64,000 nt of DNA, taken from positions 584 to 64,583 of the forward strand of contig CAZZCB010000002.1 in assembly GCA_964652835.1 (NCBI GenBank), read 5' to 3'. Position 1 is the stretch's first letter; each line of letters opens with the position of its first letter. Below, piece by piece: positions 44,900-53,896 of the stretch. Both the position numbers and the translations under genes were made by a program. The notes under the pieces were generated by a model. The model saw nothing but the letters and a program-made list of their open reading frames with translations. It was not told the origin of the DNA and did not search any database. This DNA comes from an uncultured Candidatus Saccharibacteria bacterium (GTDB lineage Bacteria > Patescibacteriota > Minisyncoccia > Phycocordibacterales > CSBR16-119).

Positions 44900-45104
44900 C
44901 AGCCAAGTGAGAGCTATCGAGACTCTTAAAATCGCTATATTTTCCAAAGCATTTTAAGAACGAGTCATGGGCACGAACCCTCCAAAGGGGGTGTCCTAGA
45001 CTCTTCAAGTTTCGGTAGAAATCAAAGGTAACTATTCCGCACATTGCATACCTGCTGAGAGCAGTATCCAGAACAGAAAGCCATCTGAGAAGGTGGTTTT
45101 TTGT

Positions 45105-45139
45105 TTGACTTGCACTATACCCCCTAGGGGTATATAATG
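45105..45139 (+). promoter_or_regulatory. csoR-cop promoter with an embedded CsoR-type operator (perfect IR TATACCCCC-TA-GGGGGTATA).
   Basis: -35 TTGACT/TTGCAC, -10 TATAAT at about 45133-45139. The 20-bp GC-tract inverted repeat at 45116-45135 sits in the spacer and overlaps the -10. It resembles known CsoR operators (ATACCC...GGGTAT). Confidence 0.6.
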
Positions 45140-45421
45140 CTAAGTATGAAATATATGGAAGATAAAAGTAAAGGAAAGATTATCCGTCGCCTCAAGCTTA
45201 TCGAGGGGCAGATTCGAGGCCTGCAAAAGATGATTGAAAGCGATACCTACTGTATTGACGTGATCACCCAAACCTCTGCGGTCAAGCAGGGACTTTCCAA
45301 TGTGGAAGACTTACTGCTCGAAAATCATCTTGGTGGATGCATCCTGAATCAGGTGAAAGCTGGACAGACTGAAAAGGCAAAGCAGGAAATTTTAAAAGTT
45401 TATAAGCTAAAGAGAAAATAA
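45137..45421 (+). CDS. csoR: CsoR/RcnR-family copper-sensing transcriptional repressor.
   Basis: '[52 protein letters not shown]' carries the conserved Cys...His...Cys metal ligands of the DUF156 family. Confidence 0.8.
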   Translation: MLSMKYMEDKSKGKIIRRLKLIEGQIRGLQKMIESDTYCIDVITQTSAVKQGLSNVEDLLLENHLGGCILNQVKAGQTEKAKQEILKVYKLKRK

Positions 45422-45425
45422 TTTT

Positions 45426-47720
45426 ATGCACACACAGACATATAACGTAAAAGGAATGCATTGTGCCTCATGCTCATCTGTTATTGAAAAAACATTTAAG
45501 AAAGTCGAGGGGGTGCATTCTGCGGAAGTGAACTATGGTACAGAAAGGGCGAAGGTTTCCTTTGATCCTTCAAAAACCAGTCCTCATGACCTCTCTAAGC
45601 ATATCGAACCTCTCGGGTATTCTCTTGAGGTTCCCGAGACAGCGAACGAGATGGGTATGTCCGAAAGCGAACATGCGGCACATCTAGGGCTCAACCAATC
45701 TAAGAAAGAAAAACTTGCTGAGGTTAGTGATATGCGAACGAAAGTTCTCTCTGCAATTCCGCTGGCAGTTTTTGCCGCTTTCGTTATGGGTTGGGATATT
45801 CTCGCTGAGTACAGCATCGTTCCTGCAATGAGTTATACGCTCAAGGAATTCTTTCATCATCTCCTTCCGATATTTGCCACTTATATCCTTTTCGTCGTAG
45901 GTAAGCCGTATCTTCTCGGCTTTTATAGGTTTCTTCGATACGGTAAAGCGAACATGGATACGCTTATCGGTATCGGTACGGTAGCCGCCTTTTTATACAG
46001 CTTCGCTGTCAGTGCACTTGAGGACGTTCTTAGTCCGTTTATTAATGTCGAGTACCAATACTACGACGTAACGATTGTTGTTATCACCTTTATTGCACTC
46101 GGTAAGTACCTTGAAGCAAAGTCTAAAATTAAGACAGGTGATGCAATCGAGAAGCTTCTCAACCTTCAGGCGAAGACCGCTCTTGTTGTTCGTGATGGGA
46201 AGGAAATCGAGATTTCAGTGAATGATGTTAAGCATGGCGATTTCATTATTGTTAAGCCAGGTGCAAAGATTCCTGTTGATGGCGTTATTACTGAAGGGGC
46301 ATCTTTTGTTGACGAATCGATGGTTACAGGGGAACCGATGCCTGCCCAGAAAAAGATTGGTGACAATGTCGTATCGGGAACAATAAATACAAGCGGATCG
46401 TTCACTTTTAAAGCCACAAAGGTCGGATCAGAAACTCTTTTGGCTCAGATCATAAAGATGGTTGAGGACGCACAAGGAAGCAAGGCTCCCATACAGGCAC
46501 TGGCAGACAAAATATCAGCAATTTTTGTGCCCATAGTTCTTGTAATTGCATTCCTTAGTCTCGGCACATGGCTTATTGTCGGGTCGCAATATCTCGGATT
46601 TTCTCAGGCACTTTCATTTGGTCTCGTATCTTTTGTAGGAATTCTAGTGATCGCCTGTCCGTGTGCACTCGGACTTGCTACTCCAACCGCAATCATTGTG
46701 GGAGTCGGCAAAGGTGCTAAGGAAGGTATCCTCATCAAAGATGCGGCTACTCTCGAAAAGCTTCATAAGGTAAACACTATCGTCGTTGATAAAACAGGCA
46801 CAATTACAAAAGGCAAGCCGACACTTGTCGACATACAAAACTTATCTAGCTTAAAAGATGATGAACTTGTTTCAATCCTTGCCTCACTTGAGAAGAAGTC
46901 AGAGCATCCGATCGCGCACGCAATCGTAAATTATGCACAGGAGAAAAATATCTCAATATCTGATGTTTTCAATTTTGAAGGAATACAAGGAAAGGGTCTC
47001 AAGGGTGAGATCGGTGACACTGAGTATTTTGCAGGAAACGCAAAACTTGTGAGTGACCTCAAGATTTCATTTGACGCTGGTAAGTTAGATAAGTTCACTT
47101 TGCAGGGAAAGACACCTGTGATTCTTGCAACCAAAGAGAAGGTTCTTGGTTTCGTAATGGTGGCAGATGAGATCAAAGAGGAGTCAGTAGATGCTATTAA
47201 AAACCTCCATGCACTCGGTATTAAAGTGGTTATGCTTACCGGTGATGATGAGAAAGCTGCAAAGTATATCGGATCACTCGTTGGTATCGACGATGTTGTA
47301 GCCCATGTATTGCCACAAGATAAGCTTGAGAAAATAAAGGAGTTACAATCGCAAGGTCGCATTGTTGCAATGGCGGGAGATGGCGTGAATGATGCCCCTG
47401 CACTTGCCCAAGCCGATGTGGGTATTGCCATGGGGACGGGTACTGACGTGGCGATCGAGTCAGCAGGCATTACCTTGCTTGGCGGTGATATTTCAAAGCT
47501 GGTTAAGGCCATTAAGCTTTCCAAGATAACCATGCGAGGAATCAAGCAAAATCTTTTTTGGGCATTCATCTACAATGTTGTCGGTATACCGCTTGCGGCA
47601 GGAGCTTTCTATCCAATCTTCGGTTGGCTTCTGAATCCCATCTTCGCTGGCTTTGCCATGGCGATGTCGTCGGTCTCCGTGGTATCAAATTCACTTCGAA
47701 TTAAAGCTAAGAAATTATAA
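45426..47720 (+). CDS. copA: Copper-translocating P1B-type ATPase.
   Basis: N-terminal HMA '[12 protein letters not shown]', TM 'CPC' motif '[11 protein letters not shown]', 'DKTGTIT', '[10 protein letters not shown]'. Confidence 0.95.
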   Translation: MHTQTYNVKGMHCASCSSVIEKTFKKVEGVHSAEVNYGTERAKVSFDPSKTSPHDLSKHIEPLGYSLEVPETANEMGMSESEHAAHLGLNQSKKEKLAEVSDMRTKVLSAIPLAVFAAFVMGWDILAEYSIVPAMSYTLKEFFHHLLPIFATYILFVVGKPYLLGFYRFLRYGKANMDTLIGIGTVAAFLYSFAVSALEDVLSPFINVEYQYYDVTIVVITFIALGKYLEAKSKIKTGDAIEKLLNLQAKTALVVRDGKEIEISVNDVKHGDFIIVKPGAKIPVDGVITEGASFVDESMVTGEPMPAQKKIGDNVVSGTINTSGSFTFKATKVGSETLLAQIIKMVEDAQGSKAPIQALADKISAIFVPIVLVIAFLSLGTWLIVGSQYLGFSQALSFGLVSFVGILVIACPCALGLATPTAIIVGVGKGAKEGILIKDAATLEKLHKVNTIVVDKTGTITKGKPTLVDIQNLSSLKDDELVSILASLEKKSEHPIAHAIVNYAQEKNISISDVFNFEGIQGKGLKGEIGDTEYFAGNAKLVSDLKISFDAGKLDKFTLQGKTPVILATKEKVLGFVMVADEIKEESVDAIKNLHALGIKVVMLTGDDEKAAKYIGSLVGIDDVVAHVLPQDKLEKIKELQSQGRIVAMAGDGVNDAPALAQADVGIAMGTGTDVAIESAGITLLGGDISKLVKAIKLSKITMRGIKQNLFWAFIYNVVGIPLAAGAFYPIFGWLLNPIFAGFAMAMSSVSVVSNSLRIKAKKL

Positions 47721-47722
47721 GC

Positions 47723-48730
47723 ATGAAAACACACACATTACACGTATCGGGTACACATTGCGCATCTTGCAAAATCTTGATTGAGGATATTTTGAATGAG
47801 CAAGACTTCATACAAAACGTTCGGGTTGATTTAAAGAAGGAAATTGTAGAAGTAGAAACTAATAGTGAGGAGTCTCCTCTAAGATTGGCGGAGATATTGA
47901 CTGATAAAATAAAGTCCAACGGCTACGTGCTTTCAGTTGCAAAGACTGTCAAGGAAAAACAGGTAGATGATGTTATTTGGAAGGCGTTGCCAATCGGTCT
48001 AGGCATTCTCATCCTCTTTTTCTTGCTACAGAAATCAGGGATTCTTAATCTCGGAATCGGGGGACAGGTCACACCAATCACAAGTTTCATTATCGGTCTC
48101 ATCGCTTCGGTTTCAAGTTGTCTCGCTATAGTTGGAGGATTGGTTTTGTCTCTTTCGGCAAAGATATCTCAAGACAATGTTAGCGACACGAAAACATTCC
48201 TGTTATTTCACACAGGAAGAATTGTCAGTTTCGCGGTCTTAGGTGGTGTGCTTGGAGTTGTAGGAAGTGCTATTGGAATCAACTTTACGCTTACCGCAGT
48301 CTTGGGACTTTTAGCCGCACTCGTGATGTTGTTGCTAGGTCTGAATTTGGTCGGAGTTTTTGCGAAGAATAAAATCGCTTTGCCGTCTGGAATTTTCAAC
48401 TTCTTTAGAAGGATTGAACACAAGACTTTTACACCTCTCATCCTCGGCTTCGCCACGTTTTTCCTACCATGTGGCTTTACGCAGTCGATGCAGGTTTCGG
48501 CGTTAGGTAGTGGGTCTTTTGGTTCAGGAATGCTAATTATGCTCGCCTTTGCCCTTGGTACATTGCCGATGCTACTGCTCCTCTCATTTGGATCTGCATC
48601 CTTTGCACATGGAAAAAACGCGCCTTTATTTTTCAAATCTGCCGGTATTGTAGTAATCGGTCTTGGACTGTTTGCACTACTTGCAGGCTTGGCTGGACTG
48701 GGAATTATCAATCCATTATTTAATATATAA
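47723..48730 (+). CDS. HMA (heavy-metal-associated) domain fused to a DsbD_2/CcdA-like membrane thiol-transporter domain.
   Basis: N-terminal 'HVSGTHCASCKILIE' (HMA). Polytopic membrane domain with conserved Cys in TM segments ('SVSSCLAIVGG', 'FFLPCGFTQSMQ'). Confidence 0.6.
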   Translation: MKTHTLHVSGTHCASCKILIEDILNEQDFIQNVRVDLKKEIVEVETNSEESPLRLAEILTDKIKSNGYVLSVAKTVKEKQVDDVIWKALPIGLGILILFFLLQKSGILNLGIGGQVTPITSFIIGLIASVSSCLAIVGGLVLSLSAKISQDNVSDTKTFLLFHTGRIVSFAVLGGVLGVVGSAIGINFTLTAVLGLLAALVMLLLGLNLVGVFAKNKIALPSGIFNFFRRIEHKTFTPLILGFATFFLPCGFTQSMQVSALGSGSFGSGMLIMLAFALGTLPMLLLLSFGSASFAHGKNAPLFFKSAGIVVIGLGLFALLAGLAGLGIINPLFNI

Positions 48731-48737
48731 TTACTTT

Positions 48738-49139
48738 ATGAACAAAACCGCTTCAATCATTATTACTTTAGCCCTTGTGGTAGGTCTCGGCATCATATTT
48801 GTTGGTGGATCAAAGCAAAAAATATCTGATACCACTTCAATACAGCAAGCCCAAAACGTAGAGATACGAGATGGTGTTCAATATATAACGATTGATGCTA
48901 AGGGTGGATATTCTCCAAAAATATCTTCTGCCAAAGCAGATATTCCTACCAAGCTTGTCGTTAAAACAAACGGCACCTATGATTGCTCATCATCCTTGGT
49001 GATCAAATCTATTGGATACCAGAAAGTCCTAGCTCAAACTGGAGAAGAAGTTATTGATATAGGCACGCCCAAATCTGGAGTTCCACTTCAAGGAGTTTGT
49101 GGTATGGGAATGTATAACTTCTCGATCAGTTTTTCTTAA
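48738..49139 (+). CDS. Periplasmic cupredoxin-like (Met-rich) copper-binding protein.
   Basis: Signal anchor. 'YITIDAKGGYSPKISSAKADIPTKLVVKTNG...CGMGMY' resembles the cupredoxin_1-type domains found in cop operons. Confidence 0.5.
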   Translation: MNKTASIIITLALVVGLGIIFVGGSKQKISDTTSIQQAQNVEIRDGVQYITIDAKGGYSPKISSAKADIPTKLVVKTNGTYDCSSSLVIKSIGYQKVLAQTGEEVIDIGTPKSGVPLQGVCGMGMYNFSISFS

Positions 49140-49788
49140 GGCAAGTAGATTTGCTTTTCTTTAAGTAAAATCTTGCTCTTAAAACAAGTAAGCAGTTCTC
49201 GTTTCTCTTCGATTGATCCATCTTTCAAAATAAACTTGGCGTAGTCTCTGATGTCTACGTCTTTTATCTGTATCTGTTGTTTAGTATTCAAAACTGACTG
49301 ATTGAATCGTTTGATTCTTTCAACTTCATATTTGATTTTCTCTTTCATCCCAATCTCATTGATATTTACTTGATCAATCAACTTTTCAAATTGCTGTATT
49401 AATTCAATCTCGTTTATATACCCACACTTACAATTTTTATCTTTAGATCTAGTACATCCATAATAGATATGCCTATTTACTGATCCGTCTTTTAGCTTTT
49501 TAAATTTTTCATCGGCACAGATTCCTGATCCACAAAGTCCACAAGTCATCATTTTTGTAAAAGCGAATTCTTTTGGTTCCTGAGTTCTAAGAACTTGGCT
49601 TTTCGTTTGTTCTTGAACCATATCAAAAAGATCTTTATTAATTATCGGCTCATGTTTTCCTGTATAAAAGTTTCCGCTTTTTCGTGGATATTCAAAAACC
49701 CCATAATAAAATGGATTTTGAAGTATGAGATAAATATTACTAAGAGTAAGACCTTGGTTTAAGCAAGGATAGTCCTTGCTTAAAAATT
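49136..49788 (-). pseudogene. Truncated large serine recombinase (C-terminal recombinase plus zinc-ribbon part only; catalytic resolvase domain missing).
   Basis: The ORF-track 161 aa carries 'CGLCGS...RHIYYGCTRSKDKNCKCG' (recombinase zinc ribbon). In-frame translation upstream of its Met continues '...LILQNPFYYGVFEYPRKSGNFYTGKHEPIINKDLFDMVQ' (recombinase-domain consensus) up to a stop at about 49788. There is no start codon and no N-terminal Ser-catalytic domain. Confidence 0.7.
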
Positions 49789-49823
49789 GACGTCATTACC
49801 ACCGCTTGTTACAATTTAATTAT

Positions 49824-50222
49824 ATGAAAAAATATATTCACAATTTTCTTAAGGTTATACTTTCTTTAATTTTAATATTTCCTGTTTTAGGAATTCTCGG
49901 CATTTTCCCAGCGCCAACTCGCGAACTTTATAACACAGACCTAGCGTTTTCATTTATTCAAATACTCGGAGAGGCTGGGTATATAAATTACATAATGGCG
50001 CTCGTGTATTTAGCGGCGCTTTGGGCGCTATGGACACGCCGTGAAGCTCTTGCCGCACTTTTAATACTTCCAATTGTTGTGAACATAATCGGATTCCACG
50101 CTTTTCTCGATGGCGGGCTACTTACCGCTGGCGCTGTTTTAGCAAACGTATTTTTACTTCTCAATATTTATTTCCTTTGGAAAAATAGAGCACAGTACAA
50201 GAATTTGTTTAGTAAAAGCTAA
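49824..50222 (+). CDS. Hypothetical membrane protein (4 TM).
   Basis: Hydrophobic helices throughout; TTGACG-N17-TACAAT promoter just upstream. Confidence 0.45.
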   Translation: MKKYIHNFLKVILSLILIFPVLGILGIFPAPTRELYNTDLAFSFIQILGEAGYINYIMALVYLAALWALWTRREALAALLILPIVVNIIGFHAFLDGGLLTAGAVLANVFLLLNIYFLWKNRAQYKNLFSKS

Positions 50223-50264
50223 CACAAGATTTTTTAAAAAACCTAAAAATAATTAAACTGAAAG

Positions 50265-50543
50265 ATGTCACAATCAGAAAAACTTTGGTTTAAAAGAAAG
50301 CTTTACGGATGGGGCTGGACTCCGAGTTCTTGGCAAGGCTGGGCCGTCACATTTATTTATATTCCTATCGTCATTTTTCTTCTTCTTATCAGAGAAGAGT
50401 CTGTCCCGGGGAACCCTGATTCCGGCAGTAACTTTTTAGTGTTCGGATTACCGTTTACTGTACTAACAGCACTTTTCGTTTTTATTGCATATAAAAAAGG
50501 TGAGTCTCCAAAATGGCAATGGGGTAAAAAGAAAGAAGATTAA
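50265..50543 (+). CDS. Hypothetical small membrane protein (2 TM, Trp-rich N-terminus).
   Basis: 92-aa ORF; 'LYGWGWTPSSWQGWAVTFIYIPIVIFLLL'. Confidence 0.35.
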   Translation: MSQSEKLWFKRKLYGWGWTPSSWQGWAVTFIYIPIVIFLLLIREESVPGNPDSGSNFLVFGLPFTVLTALFVFIAYKKGESPKWQWGKKKED

Positions 50544-50595
50544 AATTAAGCTTAAGCCCTTTCAATTTTCCTAAAATAATGTAAAGTAAGTATCA

Positions 50596-52074
50596 ATGTC
50601 ACACGGAGAAGTCGTAATACGATTTGAAAAAGTATTTTTTGAATATGGACCAAATAAACCCATCTTAGAAGATGTGTCTTTTTCTGTGCGTCGGGGAATG
50701 AAGGTTACTGTGATGGGTCAAAACGGCGCAGGGAAAAGTACTCTCTTTTCTTTGATTACAGGCGAGTCTAGTCCTGAAGACGGAACTGTTCACCTGGCAA
50801 ATAAAGCAACTATCGCTCTTTCAAGACAGGTTATACCTCGGGATGAGCTTGATCTTAGCGTTCGAGATTTTTTCCAAAAAGTTTTTAAAGAAAAAATCTA
50901 CGACATCGATAGACGAATAGATGATATTTTAGAAGTTGTAAATCTAGAAGGTCATGAAAAGATTCACGACAAAACTATCAGGTCTTTTTCTGGTGGGCAA
51001 CAAGCGCGTCTTCTTTTGGCTTCTGCTCTTATTCAAGAGCCCGACATACTTTTACTCGATGAGCCAACAAACAACTTGGACAAAGCTGGCATCGCTCACC
51101 TAACAGACTTTTTGGTTAATTACAAAAAGACGGTGATAGTTATTTCTCACGACGCTCACTTCTTGAATGCTTTTACAGATGCAGTTCTTTATCTCGACGT
51201 TTACACAAGAAAGATAGAGCAGTACGTCGGAAACTATACAGACGTGCGGGATCAGATAGCAGCGCGGATGGAGCGTGAAAATAGAAAGAACGCACTTTTG
51301 GCAAAAGAGATCCAAGCGAAAAAAGATCAAGCAAACAAATTTGCGATGAAAGGAGGAAACCTTCGTGCTGTGGCGAAAAGAATGCGAGACCTTGCTGCGG
51401 ATCTTGAAGAAGAAAAAGTCGACGTGCGAAAAGAAGATAAAACTATAAAAAGTTTTACTATACCTTTCCAGGAAGATTTAAACGGAGATATTTTAGAACT
51501 TTCTTCTGTGTCTCTTCTTAAAAATGGTAAACCGACCACAAAAAAAGTAAACATCAAAGTAAGAAAAAACCACCACCTTTTGCTCGCTGGTCCAAACGGA
51601 ATAGGGAAAAGTACATTGCTTGAATCTCTGGCGCACGGAAGAGCAGAAGGCGGAAAGATTTTACCTGAGGCGAGAGTTGGTTACTACAGACAAGACTTCT
51701 CAACACTAGATTTTAACGACACTCCATATAAATCTCTTTCAAATGCGATGTTAAAGATTTTCGGCAGAGTAGATGAACAACAAATCAGAACTGTTCTCGC
51801 TGGATTTTTAGTAAATGGTGAAATGGTTCATACAAAAATTGGAAGTCTTTCAGAAGGGCAGAAAGGTTTGGTTGCTTTTGCTCAGCTTGTGATAGAGCGT
51901 CCAGGGCTTTTGATACTCGACGAGCCGACAAACCACATAAACTTCAGACACCTTCCAGTTATCGCGAAAGCGTTAGACGAATATCAAGGGGCGATGGTTT
52001 TAGTTTCTCACGTTCCAGAATTCGTAGATCAAATCAGAATTGACGAAGTTTTAGACTTAGGGAAGAAAATATAG
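50596..52074 (+). CDS. ABC-F family ATPase (two tandem ABC domains, no TMD).
   Basis: Walker A 'GQNGAGKST' and 'GPNGIGKST', signatures 'FSGGQQARLLL' and 'LSEGQKGLVAF', Walker B 'LLLDEPTNNLD' and 'LILDEPTNHIN', with an inter-domain linker. Confidence 0.85.
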   Translation: MSHGEVVIRFEKVFFEYGPNKPILEDVSFSVRRGMKVTVMGQNGAGKSTLFSLITGESSPEDGTVHLANKATIALSRQVIPRDELDLSVRDFFQKVFKEKIYDIDRRIDDILEVVNLEGHEKIHDKTIRSFSGGQQARLLLASALIQEPDILLLDEPTNNLDKAGIAHLTDFLVNYKKTVIVISHDAHFLNAFTDAVLYLDVYTRKIEQYVGNYTDVRDQIAARMERENRKNALLAKEIQAKKDQANKFAMKGGNLRAVAKRMRDLAADLEEEKVDVRKEDKTIKSFTIPFQEDLNGDILELSSVSLLKNGKPTTKKVNIKVRKNHHLLLAGPNGIGKSTLLESLAHGRAEGGKILPEARVGYYRQDFSTLDFNDTPYKSLSNAMLKIFGRVDEQQIRTVLAGFLVNGEMVHTKIGSLSEGQKGLVAFAQLVIERPGLLILDEPTNHINFRHLPVIAKALDEYQGAMVLVSHVPEFVDQIRIDEVLDLGKKI

Positions 52075-52149
52075 GTAAAAACAGCAATGCTAATAATGGC
52101 TTACTAGGTATTGACATTTAACCCGAAATGTGATAGTGTGCACGGGTAT

Positions 52150-53199
52150 ATGCCAAGAAAAAGATTAAAAATTTCTGTTTTAATTCCGGCTCACAACGAA
52201 GAAAAAATGATTTCTGCGTGTATTTTGTCGTGCTTAAAACAAACAAGGAAGCCTGATCAAATACTTGTCGTTGATGACGGCTCTACAGACGGTACTTCAG
52301 AAATACTAAAAAAATATAAAGATAAAATTACTCTAATACGCATACCAAAAGCGACTGGTAATAAAAGTAAGGCGCAAGAGCTAGGCATAAAGAAAGTCAC
52401 AGGTGATATTTTTATTGCAACAGATGGAGATACTATAATTGATAAAAACTTCATTAAGCTTGTAGAACAAGATTTTAAAAATGACAAAGACCTATCTGTG
52501 GTAGCGGGATATGTTAAAAGTACGAAATATAATTTTCTAACATCATTAAGAGAAATTGACTATACTATTGGTCAAGATATCTATAAAAGAGCCCAATCAA
52601 CTATTGGTTTCGTATTAGTGGTTCCTGGTTGCGCTGGTGTATTTAAGACTAGTCTTTTTAGAGACGGAACTATAAATTTTGAGCACGATACTTTAACTGA
52701 AGATTTGGACTTTACTTATAAGATCAATAAAGCTGGACTAAAAATTAAATTCAACAGAAGGGCTGTGGTCTACACTCAAGACCCAGATACTTTATCTTCA
52801 TACATTAATCAAATGAGAAGATGGTATGGTGGTGGATGGCAAAACCTGAAAAAACACTTTGATGTTTCTGTAACTAAACCAAGCGCGGCATTGATGTTGT
52901 CGATGTCTTATATTGAAGGATTCATGTCTCCACTTTTGTTTTTCGTGGTGCCATTTTTAAATATGGTTTTTTTCCTTAAGCTTCTAGTACTATATTTAGT
53001 TTCAAATATAGTAATGGGTATATATTCGAGTATTAAGAAAGGTAGAATAGATTTACTTTTATACTCACCGCTTGGTGTAATTCTGACATACATAAACGCT
53101 TATGTTTTTTTCGAACAATTTTTCAAAGAGATGATTCTAAATAAAAAGAGTATGAAATGGTTTCATCCCGAAAGAAGATCTGAAGTAATTAAAGTTTAA
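52150..53199 (+). CDS. Processive family-2 glycosyltransferase (cellulose/chitin-synthase-like) with C-terminal TM helices.
   Basis: 'ISVLIPAHNEE', 'LVVDDGSTDGT', 'DGDT', 'QMRRWYGG' (QxxRW), plus C-terminal TM segments. Confidence 0.8.
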   Translation: MPRKRLKISVLIPAHNEEKMISACILSCLKQTRKPDQILVVDDGSTDGTSEILKKYKDKITLIRIPKATGNKSKAQELGIKKVTGDIFIATDGDTIIDKNFIKLVEQDFKNDKDLSVVAGYVKSTKYNFLTSLREIDYTIGQDIYKRAQSTIGFVLVVPGCAGVFKTSLFRDGTINFEHDTLTEDLDFTYKINKAGLKIKFNRRAVVYTQDPDTLSSYINQMRRWYGGGWQNLKKHFDVSVTKPSAALMLSMSYIEGFMSPLLFFVVPFLNMVFFLKLLVLYLVSNIVMGIYSSIKKGRIDLLLYSPLGVILTYINAYVFFEQFFKEMILNKKSMKWFHPERRSEVIKV

Positions 53200-53209
53200 T
53201 TTATATTAT

Positions 53210-53476
53210 ATGGCACCAATAGGAGGAATTTCAATGATGTTAAGTTTTATTATAATAATGATTGAAATGCTTATTAAAAAAATAAGTAAGGTTTTTAATT
53301 TTAAAAAAATAAATTATAAACAAAGTAGAAGTTTAGGATCTTTCTATTCTGTATTTATAGTTATTATTTTTGTTACTACGATCGGTTTACAGGTGAGACT
53401 AATTATAATAGAGTCATTAAAAAATAATAATTTTATTGTTTTGGCGGAAATGTATAATACTTTGTCAAATAATTAA
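53210..53476 (+). CDS. Hypothetical small membrane protein (very AT-rich, questionable).
   Basis: 88-aa ORF with hydrophobic segments; extreme AT content. Confidence 0.2.
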   Translation: MAPIGGISMMLSFIIIMIEMLIKKISKVFNFKKINYKQSRSLGSFYSVFIVIIFVTTIGLQVRLIIIESLKNNNFIVLAEMYNTLSNN

Positions 53477-53523
53477 AAAGTCTGCTATAATAAAAACGAA
53501 GATTTATAATTATTTAAAAATAT

Positions 53524-53676
53524 TATGGCAAAAAGAATGAGTCAGGATGTGAAGCCTCAGAACGCAAATCCAAGAAAGACAAAAAAGCGTTTGGCTGTTA
53601 AAAAGGCAATGCTCGCAGCAAAGAAAGATAAAAAGATGAGTGTATATAAAAGAGAAAGAGCGGCAAAGAAAAAATA
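53524..53676 (+). CDS. Small lysine-rich basic protein (50 aa), not in the ORF track.
   Basis: Translates to MAKRMSQDVKPQNANPRKTKKRLAVKKAMLAAKKDKKMSVYKREKAAKKK. A second 21-aa MAKGQQRSNKEAKKPKKPKAK ORF at 53711-53776 has a similar upstream sequence and is followed by the terminator at 53784-53819. Confidence 0.3.
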
Positions 53677-53783
53677 AGATTTATTATTAAAATATTTTTT
53701 TAAAAAATATATGGCAAAGGGTCAACAAAGAAGTAATAAAGAAGCTAAGAAACCAAAAAAGCCAAAAGCAAAGTAGTGGATAA

Positions 53784-53819
53784 AAAGAGCGGGCGCCGAA
53801 AGGCGCCCGCTCTTTTTTA
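53784..53819 (+). terminator. Rho-independent terminator (AAAAAGAGCGGGCGCC-gaaa-GGCGCCCGCTCTTTTTT).
   Basis: Perfect long GC stem plus T-run. Confidence 0.8.
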
Positions 53820-53896
53820 CCTTGCTTTTTTACATAAACAAGTGTATGATGTCAATACTTATTAATAAATAGACTAGAAACGCTGGTCTTTCACAT

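Noticed and set aside
46931-47569. 212-aa antisense ORF inside copA, and other antisense ORFs (45584-45817, 46166-46417, 48208-48711)
   Set aside because: They lie entirely within or opposite strongly supported genes (copA, HMA-DsbD). Higher GC reduces stop-codon frequency in antisense frames. Ser/Pro/Ala-rich translations with no motifs.
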